From Candidatus Eremiobacteria bacterium (GTDB lineage Bacteria > Vulcanimicrobiota > Vulcanimicrobiia > Vulcanimicrobiales > Vulcanimicrobiaceae): 64,000 bases of DNA. Below, piece after piece: positions 28,874 through 41,607 of the stretch. The notes beneath the pieces were generated by a model. It saw only the letters and a program-made list of their open reading frames with translations. It was not told the DNA's origin and did no database searches. The first letter of the stretch is position 1, and each line of letters opens with the position of its first letter. The stretch covers positions 1,824,001 through 1,888,000 of the forward strand of contig CAVTRC010000001.1 of NCBI GenBank assembly GCA_963737065.1, in the 5' to 3' direction. The position numbers and the translations under genes are program-made.

Positions 28874-29902
28874 TCATGCAATAACCGTCTCCAAGACGGG
28901 TGTTCCGCTAGGGCCCGGCTCGGACGGGGCGCCCTCCTCGCCGTCGAACAGTGCGGAAACCGAGCGGTTCGTCGTGATGCGGCTGATCGTATCCGCAAAT
29001 GTTTGCGCAATCGAAAGCTGGACGAATTTCGGATGGGCGCGCGCGTTGACAAGCGGAATGGTGTTCGTCACGATCACGCGCTCGATATTCGACTCTTCCA
29101 ACACGCGGACCGCGTCGTCCGCAAAGATACCGTGCGTTGCAACGGTGTACACTTTCGTGGCGCCGCGCGCTTTGATCGCTTCCGCCGCTTTTGCGAGCGT
29201 GCCGCCCGTCGAAATCATGTCGTCGACGATAACCGCGATTTTCCCCGTGACGTCTCCGACAATGTCGGTTACTTCGGACACGTCGGGCTCCGGCCGGCGT
29301 TTGAAGACAATCGCGAGCGAGCTTTCCAGCCGCTTCGCAAACAGTTCCGCGCGGTGCACGCCGCCGGCGTCGGGCGACACGACGACGACGCGATCCTTTG
29401 AAAGGCCTTCCTTTTTTAGATAATTGCAGAGCACCGGCATCGCCATCAGGTTGTCGACCGGAATATCGAAGAAGCCTTGAATCTGCGCCGCGTGGAGATC
29501 CATCGTCACCAAGCGTTTTGCGCCCGTGATCTTGAGCACGTTTGCGATGACCTTGGCCGAGATCGGTTCACGGCCTTTCGTCTTCTTATCCTGTTTCGCG
29601 TACCCATAATACGGAATGACCGCCGTGATACGCGCCGCCGATGCGCGCCGGAGCGCGTCGATCATCAGCAAGAGCTCCATCAGCGAATCGTTGACGCCGA
29701 TTTTCCCGTCGGCCGACTTGCAGATCGATTGCACGACGAAGACTTCCGAGCCGCGCACGTTTTCTTTGATTTCGATACGCGTCTCTTCGTTCTTGAACTT
29801 GTCGACGAGAGAATTGCCGATGTGCAGCTTCAGCCGCTTGGCGATCTCTTCGGCCAGCGCGCGATTGGAGTTGCCGCTGAAGATCAGTGGGTTATGGCTC
29901 AA
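28874..29902 (-). CDS. prs: Ribose-phosphate pyrophosphokinase
   Basis: IFSGNSN, PYYGYAKQDKK, DLHAAQIQGFF, VSPDAGG, DDMISTGGT; TTG start after GGAG. Confidence 0.96.
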   Translation of the reverse strand: MSHNPLIFSGNSNRALAEEIAKRLKLHIGNSLVDKFKNEETRIEIKENVRGSEVFVVQSICKSADGKIGVNDSLMELLLMIDALRRASAARITAVIPYYGYAKQDKKTKGREPISAKVIANVLKITGAKRLVTMDLHAAQIQGFFDIPVDNLMAMPVLCNYLKKEGLSKDRVVVVSPDAGGVHRAELFAKRLESSLAIVFKRRPEPDVSEVTDIVGDVTGKIAVIVDDMISTGGTLAKAAEAIKARGATKVYTVATHGIFADDAVRVLEESNIERVIVTNTIPLVNARAHPKFVQLSIAQTFADTISRITTNRSVSALFDGEEGAPSEPGPSGTPVLETVIA

Positions 29903-30186
29903 CGGGGTGCATCTCCACGAGAAGGGGCGGGTGGCATGGCTTCGCGAGTCCCCCGCCCGCTCTCCCCCAGAGAGCGACGGCAAACTTGCGCATGTTGATG
30001 CCAGGCGCCGGCTGAAAGGGGAATCGCTTCTGCGACCGCGATGTATGCGTCGCGATCGTCCGAATGTAGCAACGCGCTGCTTTGGCGTTGCAGATGCGCC
30101 GACGCCGACATAACGTTGTGGCGAGCATCGCTTCTCGGCGTCGTTGCGCAACTGCAAACGGCCGTGTTGCGGTTACACTAGCGCTT

Positions 30187-32235
30187 ATGGCGGCCAATTC
30201 GTTTAAACTCGTCTCTCCGTACGCGCTCGCCGGCGATCAGCCGAAAGCGACCGAGGCGTTGGCCGATGCCGCGTTGCGCGGCGATCGTACGCAAACGCTG
30301 CTCGGCGTGACGGGAAGCGGAAAAACAATGGCGATGGCGCGGGTCATTGAACTCGTGCAGAAACCGACGCTCGTTCTCTGCCATAATAAGACGCTCGCCG
30401 CACAGTTGTGCGCTGAATTCCGCGAGTTCTTCCCCGAGAACGCCGTCGAATATTTCGTCTCGTATTTCGACTACTATCAGCCCGAAGCGTACGTGCCGTC
30501 GACCGACACGTACATCGAAAAAGACTCGTCGATCAACGACGAGATCGAGCGCCTGCGCCACTCCGCCACCCAGTCGTTGCTAACGCGCCCCGATACGCTA
30601 ATCGTCGCATCGGTATCGTGCATCTATGGTTTGGGCTCGCCGTCCGACTATATGGAGATGTCCGCACGCGTTCGCGTCGGTGACGAGATGGACCGCGACG
30701 TGCTTTTGCGCAAGCTCGTCGACATGCAATATCGCCGCAACGATTTGAATTTGACCCGCGGCATGTTCCGCGTCCGCGGCGATGTTCTGGAATTCGTCGG
30801 CGTCGATGAAGAGCTCGTCCATCGCATCGAATTTTTCGGTGACGAAATCGACGCAATCAACGTCGTGAATCTGATGACCGGCGAATATGTCGAGAGCAAG
30901 GACGAACTGCTGATCTTTCCCGCGAAACACTTCATCACGCCTGAAGAAAAGCTTCGTCGCGCGATCGGTTCGATCGAGATCGAACTCGATGAACGTCTGA
31001 AGCATTTCAAGGACCACGGCAAGCTGCTCGAAGCGCAACGGCTGGAAATGCGCACGCGGTACGATCTCGATATGCTGCGTGAAGTCGGCTACTGCAACGG
31101 CATCGAAAACTACTCCCGCCATCTGACCGGTCGCGAGCCGGGCTCGACGCCCTGGTGTCTGCTCGACTTCTTCCCGAAGGATAGCCTCTATTTCGTCGAC
31201 GAATCGCACGTCACGCTTCCGCAAGTCCACGGGATGTATGCCGGGGACCGTTCGCGGAAAACGACGTTGGTCGAGCACGGCTTCCGTCTTCCGAGCGCGC
31301 TCGATAACCGTCCGCTGACCTACGACGAATGGGACGACCACGTCAACCAGATCGTTTACGTTTCCGCAACGCCCGGTACGTATGAAATCGGACGCAGCAC
31401 GCAGACGGTCGAGATGATTATCCGTCCGACCGGCCTCGTCGATCCGGAAGTCGAGGTCCGTCCCACGCGCAATCAAGTCGACGATCTCATGGAGGAGATT
31501 CGCGAGCGCGTGGCGCGCCAAGAACGCGTGCTCGTCACGACGTTAACGAAGAAGATGGCCGAAGACTTGACGGATTTCTTGCTCGAGAACGGCTTGAAGG
31601 TCCGGTATCTGCATAGCGAAGTGGACACGCTCGAGCGCGTCGCGATCCTTCGCGATCTACGGCTCGGTACGTTCGACGTTCTCGTCGGTATCAATCTGCT
31701 GCGCGAAGGTCTGGACTTGCCGGAAGTTTCGCTGGTGGGCATCCTCGACGCGGACAAAGAGGGATATCTGCGCAGTTCCACGTCGCTGATTCAAACGATC
31801 GGACGCGCGGCGCGTAACGTGGAGGGCAAAGTATTGATGTACGCCGACGTCGTGACGGAATCGATGGCGCGCGCGCTCGGCGAAACGAAGCGCAGGCGCG
31901 AATTGCAGGTCGCATTCAATAAGGAACACGGCATCGAGCCGCGCAGCGTGCGCAAGGAGATCCGAGACATTCTAAGCATGGTCGGCGCAACGGAAGAGAC
32001 GACCCAAAGGATCAAGCTCGATAAAGTGCCGCGCGACGTCGCGACGAAAATGGCCGCGGATCTCGAAAAAAAAATGCGCGAATACGCGGCGAACCTGCAG
32101 TTCGAAAAGGCTGCGGCGCTGCGCGACGAACTCATCGAGCTGCGTAAACAGATCGGCGGAAACGAATCGCTGCTCTTCCAGGGAAAAGCACCGAAGATTT
32201 TCGATACTGCGTTAAAAGAGTTAGTCAATCAATAA
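30187..32235 (+). CDS. uvrB: Excinuclease ABC subunit B
   Basis: [33 protein letters not shown]-terminal UVR domain. Confidence 0.98.
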   Translation: MAANSFKLVSPYALAGDQPKATEALADAALRGDRTQTLLGVTGSGKTMAMARVIELVQKPTLVLCHNKTLAAQLCAEFREFFPENAVEYFVSYFDYYQPEAYVPSTDTYIEKDSSINDEIERLRHSATQSLLTRPDTLIVASVSCIYGLGSPSDYMEMSARVRVGDEMDRDVLLRKLVDMQYRRNDLNLTRGMFRVRGDVLEFVGVDEELVHRIEFFGDEIDAINVVNLMTGEYVESKDELLIFPAKHFITPEEKLRRAIGSIEIELDERLKHFKDHGKLLEAQRLEMRTRYDLDMLREVGYCNGIENYSRHLTGREPGSTPWCLLDFFPKDSLYFVDESHVTLPQVHGMYAGDRSRKTTLVEHGFRLPSALDNRPLTYDEWDDHVNQIVYVSATPGTYEIGRSTQTVEMIIRPTGLVDPEVEVRPTRNQVDDLMEEIRERVARQERVLVTTLTKKMAEDLTDFLLENGLKVRYLHSEVDTLERVAILRDLRLGTFDVLVGINLLREGLDLPEVSLVGILDADKEGYLRSSTSLIQTIGRAARNVEGKVLMYADVVTESMARALGETKRRRELQVAFNKEHGIEPRSVRKEIRDILSMVGATEETTQRIKLDKVPRDVATKMAADLEKKMREYAANLQFEKAAALRDELIELRKQIGGNESLLFQGKAPKIFDTALKELVNQ

Positions 32236-32312
32236 CGCTGCCGAAAGTTCCCTTTCTTTGCGAGTGATAAGGGCCCGCCCGAATGAGCTGATTATCGTTC
32301 CGGCAGGTACAA

Positions 32313-32444
32313 ATGAGCGCGTTGCAAAGCTTGACGATCTACGTGTTCAAAATCACCTTCGAAAAAGCGCCCGCGCTCGATTTGATGTATACGCTCGATA
32401 ACGGCCGAACAATCGCGGGCTTGCGTTTCGACTCCTCGTACTAG
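32313..32444 (+). CDS. 43-aa small ORF or gene remnant
   Basis: ATG after CAGGT; MSALQSLTIYVFKITFEKAPALDLMYTLDNGRTIAGLRFDSSY; stop 3 nt before GH38 ATG. Confidence 0.4.
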   Translation: MSALQSLTIYVFKITFEKAPALDLMYTLDNGRTIAGLRFDSSY

Positions 32445-32447
32445 CGT

Positions 32448-34898
32448 ATGCGTCTAACGCTGAGAGAAACGCAACGCACGGATGCGATCGTCGTCCTCGA
32501 AGCGACGCTTCCGCCGTCCGGAACTCCACAACGATTACGCTATCACACGCGAACGGGGGCATTGCTCCGCGTCGATGGCGTGGTTGCCGGAGCGTTCGAT
32601 CGCGAGCATCACGATGTGCAACTCGACGCATCGGATAACGAGCGGCGGTTGGCGCTGGAAGTCGAACGCCGCGCGTTGCCGACGAACGGGCTGCCGTCGG
32701 GCGACGGCATACGCTGGCGGCTGATGTTGGTGAATGCGTCGGAAGAGCCGCGGCGGTCAATGGAGGTCTCGCGAGAACGGAGCGGCGTGCCGCGCCCGCC
32801 GCACGGCGATCTTATCCTGTGGGCGCACTCTCATCTCGACGTGGCATGGCTATGGAGCTACAGCGAAACACGGCGCAAAGCGATGCGAACGTTCGCAAAC
32901 GCGCTCTCAATCGCGGAACGCGACCCTTCGTTCGTCTTCATGCAGAGCCAACCGCAGCTCTACGCGTTCGTCGAAAAAAGCGACGGCCGGTTTTTCGAGC
33001 GCGTTCGCGCCGCGGTGCGCGACGGCCGCTTCGATGCCCAACCGGCCGCGCTATGGGTCGAGCCCGACTGTAACGTGACGTCGGGCGAATCGCTGCTGCA
33101 CCAGATGCTTGCGGCGCACCGCTATTGCATCAAACGGTTTGGCGTCGAACCGTCGATCGCATGGCTCCCGGACACGTTCGGATTTCCGAATACGCTTCCG
33201 ACACTGCTCGCGCACGCGCGCATTCCGTACTTCGCGACGACGAAACTGCAATGGAACGACACGACCCGGTTCCCGTATCCCCAATTCGTGTGGGAAGGAC
33301 CGGATGGTTCGAAGATTGTGAGCGCATTGCTCGCGGCGTACGACGGCGGAGCCGATCCATCGCGAATCGCGACCGCGCGCGCTCGTTGCGAACCGTTGGT
33401 GATCGGCTATGGCGACGGCGGTGGTGGTCCGACGCTCGAACAAGTTCACGTTGCGGAACGCGACGGTGCTTGGCAAGCCCCGTCGGCGTGGTTTAATCTG
33501 CTCGAACGCGATGCGGCGGCGCTGCCGGTTCACCGCGACGAGCTCTATCTCGAGTATCATCGGGGCACGTACACGACGCACCACGACATCAAGGCCATCA
33601 ATGCCGAGCTGGAACGCTCACTTTGTGACGTCGAAGAGCGCGTTGCCTGGTGCGTGGCCGTCCGTGCGCCGCGTGACGTTGTCGACCGTCTGCGCGAACA
33701 ACTGCGAGAAGCGTGGGAAATCGTGCTGCGCAATCAGTTTCATGACGTCTTGCCCGGGACGTCTGTGGGTAGCGCGTACGTCGAATCGCTCGAAGACTAC
33801 GCGCGCGCCCTCGAACTGATCCGTTTTCTGCGCAGCTCGACCGAAGCGATGCTGCCGCGCGCATCGCGCCTTCAATCTGACCCCATCCCGGTCGATCCGG
33901 TCGTGGACGGCGAAGACGTAGTCTTCGACAACGGCATCGTGCGCGCGATTTTCTCGCAAAAAGGTGCATTACTTCACCTCGCCGTCGCCGGTGGACGGAA
34001 CGTCGTCGCGCAAGCGAACGTACTGGGCGCATACCGCGACCGGCCGAGGAAATGGGAAGCGTGGAATCTCGATGCGGGATACGAGCGTCATCGGTTGCGC
34101 GTGAATCCGGCCGGATTCGACACCAGCGACGGCACGCTCAACGTGCGATTCGACGTTGCGGGCTCCCCACTCACGATGCGCGTCTCGCTAGCGCGTGACG
34201 AGCCATTCGTGCGCGTCGATGCGGCAGTGGAATGGCGCGCCGATCGCGCGATTCTGCGTCTCGAAAATTGGTTGACCGTCGGCAGCGGCCGCGTGCGCTT
34301 CGGTGCGCCGCATGGCACGATCGAACGCGACATGGAAACGCGGACACCGGCGGGACGCGCGCGATATGAAGTTCCCGGACAGCGTTTCGCATCGGCCGGC
34401 GACGCCGGCTGCGGGGTCGCGATCTTCGCGCTCGACACGTATGGGTGGAGCGCGCGCGCGCTGCCGCGCGGCGGAATGCAGCTCGGCCATTCGTTGCTGC
34501 GCGCGCCGCGGTGGCCCGATCCGCAAGCCGACCGCGGCGAAGCGCGCCTGTCATGGGCGTTCGCACCCCACGCCGGCGCGACGATCGGTATGCTGGAACG
34601 GGCGTGGGAGCGTTTCGCGATGCCGCCGCGCGTGCGGCTCTTCACCTCGGAGGACGACGCCGTGCTGATTGCTGCGGTAAAGCCGGCTGACGACGGTGAC
34701 GGCGTCATCGTCCGCGTTCGCGAGTGCAACGGCGCGTCGCGTACCGTGCGCATCCGTTGCGGTGCACGCATGCGTACCGTGCGCAGCGTCGATGGGCTCG
34801 AACGTCCGTTGGAGCTTGCCGTTGCGGTCGAAGGCGAGGAGCTTGTTGCGACGATCGACGCGTACAGCTTGCGCAGCTTCCGGGTGCAATTTACTTGA
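32448..34898 (+). CDS. Alpha-mannosidase, GH38
   Basis: HSHLDVAWLW, WLPDTFG, GYGDGGGG, ELYLEYHRGTYT, NQFHDVLPG. Confidence 0.93.
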   Translation: MRLTLRETQRTDAIVVLEATLPPSGTPQRLRYHTRTGALLRVDGVVAGAFDREHHDVQLDASDNERRLALEVERRALPTNGLPSGDGIRWRLMLVNASEEPRRSMEVSRERSGVPRPPHGDLILWAHSHLDVAWLWSYSETRRKAMRTFANALSIAERDPSFVFMQSQPQLYAFVEKSDGRFFERVRAAVRDGRFDAQPAALWVEPDCNVTSGESLLHQMLAAHRYCIKRFGVEPSIAWLPDTFGFPNTLPTLLAHARIPYFATTKLQWNDTTRFPYPQFVWEGPDGSKIVSALLAAYDGGADPSRIATARARCEPLVIGYGDGGGGPTLEQVHVAERDGAWQAPSAWFNLLERDAAALPVHRDELYLEYHRGTYTTHHDIKAINAELERSLCDVEERVAWCVAVRAPRDVVDRLREQLREAWEIVLRNQFHDVLPGTSVGSAYVESLEDYARALELIRFLRSSTEAMLPRASRLQSDPIPVDPVVDGEDVVFDNGIVRAIFSQKGALLHLAVAGGRNVVAQANVLGAYRDRPRKWEAWNLDAGYERHRLRVNPAGFDTSDGTLNVRFDVAGSPLTMRVSLARDEPFVRVDAAVEWRADRAILRLENWLTVGSGRVRFGAPHGTIERDMETRTPAGRARYEVPGQRFASAGDAGCGVAIFALDTYGWSARALPRGGMQLGHSLLRAPRWPDPQADRGEARLSWAFAPHAGATIGMLERAWERFAMPPRVRLFTSEDDAVLIAAVKPADDGDGVIVRVRECNGASRTVRIRCGARMRTVRSVDGLERPLELAVAVEGEELVATIDAYSLRSFRVQFT

Positions 34899-35618
34899 CC
34901 GCGCGCAATCTCGAGGTCGCGTTGTTCGATCTGGACGACACGCTTCACGATGATACCGCGGCGTTCCACAGCGCGGCCGAACGAGTGGCGCGCGAAGTTG
35001 CGGCCGAACACGGCGTCGACGCGCTTGCACTCAAAGCAGCGTATATCGCCGAAGCGGAAGGCTTTTGGCATCGCCTGACCACCGACCAATTGAAGACGCG
35101 GCTCTCCGGCGTGCGGCAACAGTTATGGCGGGGCGCACTCGCCCGGTTCGGCATCGAAGATTTGGCGATTGCGAATCGAAGTGCCGAGCGGTATAACGAA
35201 TATCGTAAAAAATACTTCACCGTGTTCCCCGGCGCGATCGATGCGTTACGCACGCTTCGCGAACGCGGAATGAAGCTCGGCATTCTGACCAACGGATTCT
35301 CGGAAACGCATCGCGAGAAAATTGCGCTCCTGCAGATCGGCGAACTCTTCGACGCGATTTTCATTGCGGACGAAGTCGGTATGCTCAAACCCGACCCGCT
35401 GCTCTTCGCGCACGCATGCCGGCAACTCGGCGCTGCGCCGATGCACGGCGCGATGGTCGGCGACCGGTACGACCGCGACATTCGTGGTGCGCTCGACGCG
35501 GGATTGTATGCGGTGTGGCTCAACGTGCGCGATGAACGGATTCCGCGGCGATGCGCCGCACCCGGATGCGATCTGTCATTCGATCGTCGAAGTTCCCGCC
35601 GCGTTGTCGCGTCCATGA
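34895..35618 (+). CDS. HAD-family hydrolase (YjjG/YfnB-like), +1 frameshift near C-terminus
   Basis: FDLDDTL, LTNG, KPDP, MVGDRYDRDI; expected PHPDAICHSI tail is in the next frame after ~35546. Confidence 0.85.
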
Positions 35619-35760
35619 TGCGACAGCAGGAAACCGAGAGGCCGCTTAAGCGTGAATCCCAATCTCCGGCTTGCGCGGGTTACGAGCTTGTCCGACATTT
35701 CGAACAAAATTCAACGCGATCCACAATGACCACACTTTCACAACCTCCAAGAATGTTTGT

Positions 35761-38742
35761 ATGACAACCGGTCTCGACTCGATCGTTATTAAGGGTGCGC
35801 GCGAGCACAACTTAAAGAACATCGACCTTATCCTGCCCCGCAACCGCCTGATCGTCGTGACCGGCCTTTCGGGTTCCGGAAAGTCGTCGCTTGCCTTCGA
35901 TACCATCTATGCTGAAGGGCAACGCCGCTACGTCGAGTCGCTGTCCTCGTACGCGCGGCAGTTCCTCGGGCAAATGGAAAAGCCCGACGTCGATTACATC
36001 GAAGGCTTGTCGCCGGCGATTTCGATCGATCAGAAGTCGACGTCGCGCAATCCGCGCTCGACGGTCGGCACGGTGACGGAAATCTACGACTATCTCCGCC
36101 TGCTCTTCGCACGGATCGGCACGCCGCATTGCTACAACTGCGGCCGCGAGATCAGCTCGCAATCGAGCGAGCAGATCGTTGATTCGATTATGGAACTGCC
36201 GGAAGGCACGCGTCTGCAGCTGCTCGCGCCCCTCGTGCGCGGACGGAAAGGCGAATACACGAAGCTCTTCGAGGAAATTGCGAAGGAAGGCTTCGCGCGC
36301 GTTCGCGTCGACGGCGAAAGCAAAGAATTGCGCGAAAAGATTCCGCTCGACAAAAAACGCAAGCACACGATCGAAGTGATCGTCGATCGTCTTGTGATGA
36401 AGCCCGACGTCCGTAAGCGTCTGACGGATTCCATTGAAACCACGCTGCGTCTGTCGACCGGGATAGTCACGGTGCTCACCGACGAGAAAGAGTTGACGTT
36501 CAGCGAAGCGTTCGCGTGCGTCTATTGCGGCATTTCGTTCGAGGAGCTGGCGCCGCGTCTCTTTTCGTTCAATTCGCCGTACGGCGCGTGTCCCGCGTGC
36601 AGCGGCCTCGGTGAGAAGATCGAAATCGATCCGTGGAAAGTGATTCCCGATCGCACGAAGTCGATTGCGAATGGTGCAATCGTCCCGTGGAGCAAGAGCA
36701 TCGGCAGCGGGCGTTTTCCGTCGATGAATCCGTATTATCTGCAACAGCTCGAGCGCGTGTTGAAGAAGTATCGCGCGAAGATGACCACGCCGGTAGAAGA
36801 CTTCTCCGATGAAGTTCTCGACGTCGTACTCTACGGCACCGACCGCGAGCAGGATTTCGCGTTCACCTCGAAGGCCGGCAAAACGTGGGAGTACCGCTCG
36901 TCCTTCGAAGGCGTCATCAATAACTTGCAGCGCCGTTACAACGAAACATCGAGCGACTACGTCAAGGAAGACATCGAGAAGTACATGTCGGCCTCAACGT
37001 GTCCGGTGTGCAAAGGCGCGCGCCTGAAACCCGAAGCGCTCGCCGTCACCGTCGGCGAGATGAACATCGATCAGCTCACGCGGCTCTCGATCGAGAATTC
37101 CGAGCGATTTTTCCGCGAATTGCAGCTTACCGAACGTCAGGAGCAGATCGCGCACCAGATCGTCAAAGAGGTCCGCGCGCGGCTGGGTTTCCTGACAAAC
37201 GTCGGCCTCAACTACCTCACCCTTTCGCGTTCGGCGACGACACTCTCGGGCGGTGAATCGCAACGTATTCGTCTGGCGACGCAGATCGGCAGCGCACTCG
37301 TCGGCGTCTTGTACATTCTCGACGAACCATCGATCGGATTGCATCAACGCGACAACGATCGTCTGCTCGCGACGTTGAAGACGCTGCGCGATCTCGGGAA
37401 CACGCTCGTTGTGATCGAACACGACGAGGACACGATGCGCGTGGCCGACGTGGTCGTCGATATCGGTCCCGGCGCGGGCGCCGAAGGGGGCGAAGTGCTG
37501 ACGGTCGGGACGCTGGCCGACGTCGTGCGCAATTCAATTTCCGAAACGGGTGCCTATCTGTCGGGCCGCAAGTACATCCCGATTCCCAAGCGCCGGCGCG
37601 AACCGCGCGCGTGGCTCGAAGTGAAGAAGGCAACGGCGAACAACGTGCGCGGCGTCGACCTGAAGTTCCCAATCGGTGTCTTCACCGCGGTGACCGGCGT
37701 GAGCGGCAGCGGCAAATCCACGCTCGTCAATCAGGTGCTCGTGCGCGCGCTCAACCAGCATCTGCACGGTCAGCCCGCCGCCGGAACGTACGGAAGCGTC
37801 AAGGGCGCCGATCAGCTGGACAAGATGGTCGTCATCGATCAGTCGCCGATCGGCCGCACGCCGCGCTCGAATCCCGCCACGTACACCGGTGCGTTCGATC
37901 AAATTCGCGAGCTGTTTTCGCTCGTGCCCGAAGCAAAGATGCGCGGTTACACGCCGGGGCGCTTTTCGTTCAACGTGAAGGGCGGCCGCTGCGAATCGTG
38001 TCAGGGCGACGGCATCATCAAAATCGAGATGCACTTTTTGCCGGACGTCTACGTGCCGTGCGAGGTGTGCAAAGGCAAACGGTATAACGCGCAGACGCTT
38101 GAAGTTAAATACAAAGCCAAGACGATCGCCGACGTGCTCGAGATGCGCGTCGACGAAGCCGCGGAGCTCTTCGCCAATATTCCGCGCATTCACAACAAGC
38201 TCAAGACGATCTGCGAGGTCGGATTGGGCTACATCAAGATGGGCCAACCCGCAACGACGCTCTCGGGCGGTGAAGCGCAGCGCGTAAAACTCGCGACCGA
38301 ACTTTCACGCCGCTCGACGGGGCGTACGTTTTACGTGCTCGACGAGCCGACGACCGGTTTGCACTTCGCGGACATACACAAATTGCTCGAAGTTCTGCAG
38401 CGTCTTGTGGAGACGGGAAACTCGGTTCTCGTCATCGAGCACAACCTCGACGTGATCAAGACGGCGGACTATCTGATCGATCTCGGCCCGGAAGGCGGCG
38501 ATCGCGGCGGCACGGTCGTGGGAACGGGCACGCCGGAAGAACTCGCGCAGAACCGCGCGTCGTACACGGGAGCGTATCTGGTGCCCGTGCTCGCCGACGA
38601 ACGCGCGCACGGTCACCGTATCGTCGACGGCGCTGCGCTCGAACGGCTCGAACGCGAGAACCTCGCCGCGCTCGACGATCTCGCGAACGGTGACCGTCCT
38701 TCGACAGAGCTCAGGACAGGCTCCGTCGCCGTCGAAGCGTAG
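35761..38742 (+). CDS. uvrA: Excinuclease ABC subunit A
   Basis: GAREHNLK, two Walker A GxSGSGKS, two LSGGE motifs, zinc fingers. Confidence 0.98.
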   Translation: MTTGLDSIVIKGAREHNLKNIDLILPRNRLIVVTGLSGSGKSSLAFDTIYAEGQRRYVESLSSYARQFLGQMEKPDVDYIEGLSPAISIDQKSTSRNPRSTVGTVTEIYDYLRLLFARIGTPHCYNCGREISSQSSEQIVDSIMELPEGTRLQLLAPLVRGRKGEYTKLFEEIAKEGFARVRVDGESKELREKIPLDKKRKHTIEVIVDRLVMKPDVRKRLTDSIETTLRLSTGIVTVLTDEKELTFSEAFACVYCGISFEELAPRLFSFNSPYGACPACSGLGEKIEIDPWKVIPDRTKSIANGAIVPWSKSIGSGRFPSMNPYYLQQLERVLKKYRAKMTTPVEDFSDEVLDVVLYGTDREQDFAFTSKAGKTWEYRSSFEGVINNLQRRYNETSSDYVKEDIEKYMSASTCPVCKGARLKPEALAVTVGEMNIDQLTRLSIENSERFFRELQLTERQEQIAHQIVKEVRARLGFLTNVGLNYLTLSRSATTLSGGESQRIRLATQIGSALVGVLYILDEPSIGLHQRDNDRLLATLKTLRDLGNTLVVIEHDEDTMRVADVVVDIGPGAGAEGGEVLTVGTLADVVRNSISETGAYLSGRKYIPIPKRRREPRAWLEVKKATANNVRGVDLKFPIGVFTAVTGVSGSGKSTLVNQVLVRALNQHLHGQPAAGTYGSVKGADQLDKMVVIDQSPIGRTPRSNPATYTGAFDQIRELFSLVPEAKMRGYTPGRFSFNVKGGRCESCQGDGIIKIEMHFLPDVYVPCEVCKGKRYNAQTLEVKYKAKTIADVLEMRVDEAAELFANIPRIHNKLKTICEVGLGYIKMGQPATTLSGGEAQRVKLATELSRRSTGRTFYVLDEPTTGLHFADIHKLLEVLQRLVETGNSVLVIEHNLDVIKTADYLIDLGPEGGDRGGTVVGTGTPEELAQNRASYTGAYLVPVLADERAHGHRIVDGAALERLERENLAALDDLANGDRPSTELRTGSVAVEA
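38698..38720 (+). repeat. REP-like short element, copy 2, inside uvrA 3' end
   Basis: CCTTCGACAGAGCTCAGGACAGG, read as PSTELRTG. Confidence 0.75.
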
Positions 38743-38751
38743 AGCTCGACA

Positions 38752-41126
<2,375 letters not shown>

Positions 41127-41202
41127 GTCCGAAGTCAGTAGGAGCTGCCTGCCTGCGTGACGCACATTGCTTCCTCGCCGCGGCTACGGGGGTGGAGTAG
41201 AA

Positions 41203-41607
41203 GTGGGACAAGCACTATCGGAAGTTGCGGGCTTGCACGCGCGGCTGCAACAACAAGCAGCAGCGTTGTTCTGCAGGCTCGATGAAGAAGGCACGCTGGT
41301 GCATGTTCCGTTTGAGCGGTTCGTCGATGCGGTGGACGTGCACGTACGGACCGATCTCACGATCGGCTACTCGGTATTTTTGCGTCATTCCAATGAGTCG
41401 GTACGGCGGATCGCCGAACGGGCGTTAGCGGATCGCGAAGTCTTTCCGCAGGAGTTCGAGTCGTTTTCGCGTCGTTGGCGCAATGCATCCGAAGAGCGCC
41501 TGCGCTCGCTCGAATTTCGGGAAGAGCTCGAAACGCTCGTGAGCCACCTGCTCAAGCGGATTCGCATCGAAAGGCGTTTGCTCTCGATGCTTTCACATGT
41601 AGCGTGA
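41203..41607 (+). CDS. Hemerythrin-like four-helix protein, degenerate ligands
   Basis: Helical pattern H..H..Y..F..RW..F..L..RI..E; GGAG SD before GTG. Confidence 0.5.
   Translation: MGQALSEVAGLHARLQQQAAALFCRLDEEGTLVHVPFERFVDAVDVHVRTDLTIGYSVFLRHSNESVRRIAERALADREVFPQEFESFSRRWRNASEERLRSLEFREELETLVSHLLKRIRIERRLLSMLSHVA

Noticed and set aside
32313..32330. sORF begins MSALQS, identical to the ABM protein at 1537
   Set aside because: Codons differ and similarity ends after six residues
35700..35763. LexA-box-like CGAACAAAATTC and AGAATGTTTGTAT before uvrA
   Set aside because: Both deviate from GAAC-N4-GTTC and there is no matching box before uvrB
35619..35764. Apparent HAD C-terminal extension reaching the uvrA start
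   Set aside because: Product of the +1 frameshift near 35546; the natural tail ends at 35618
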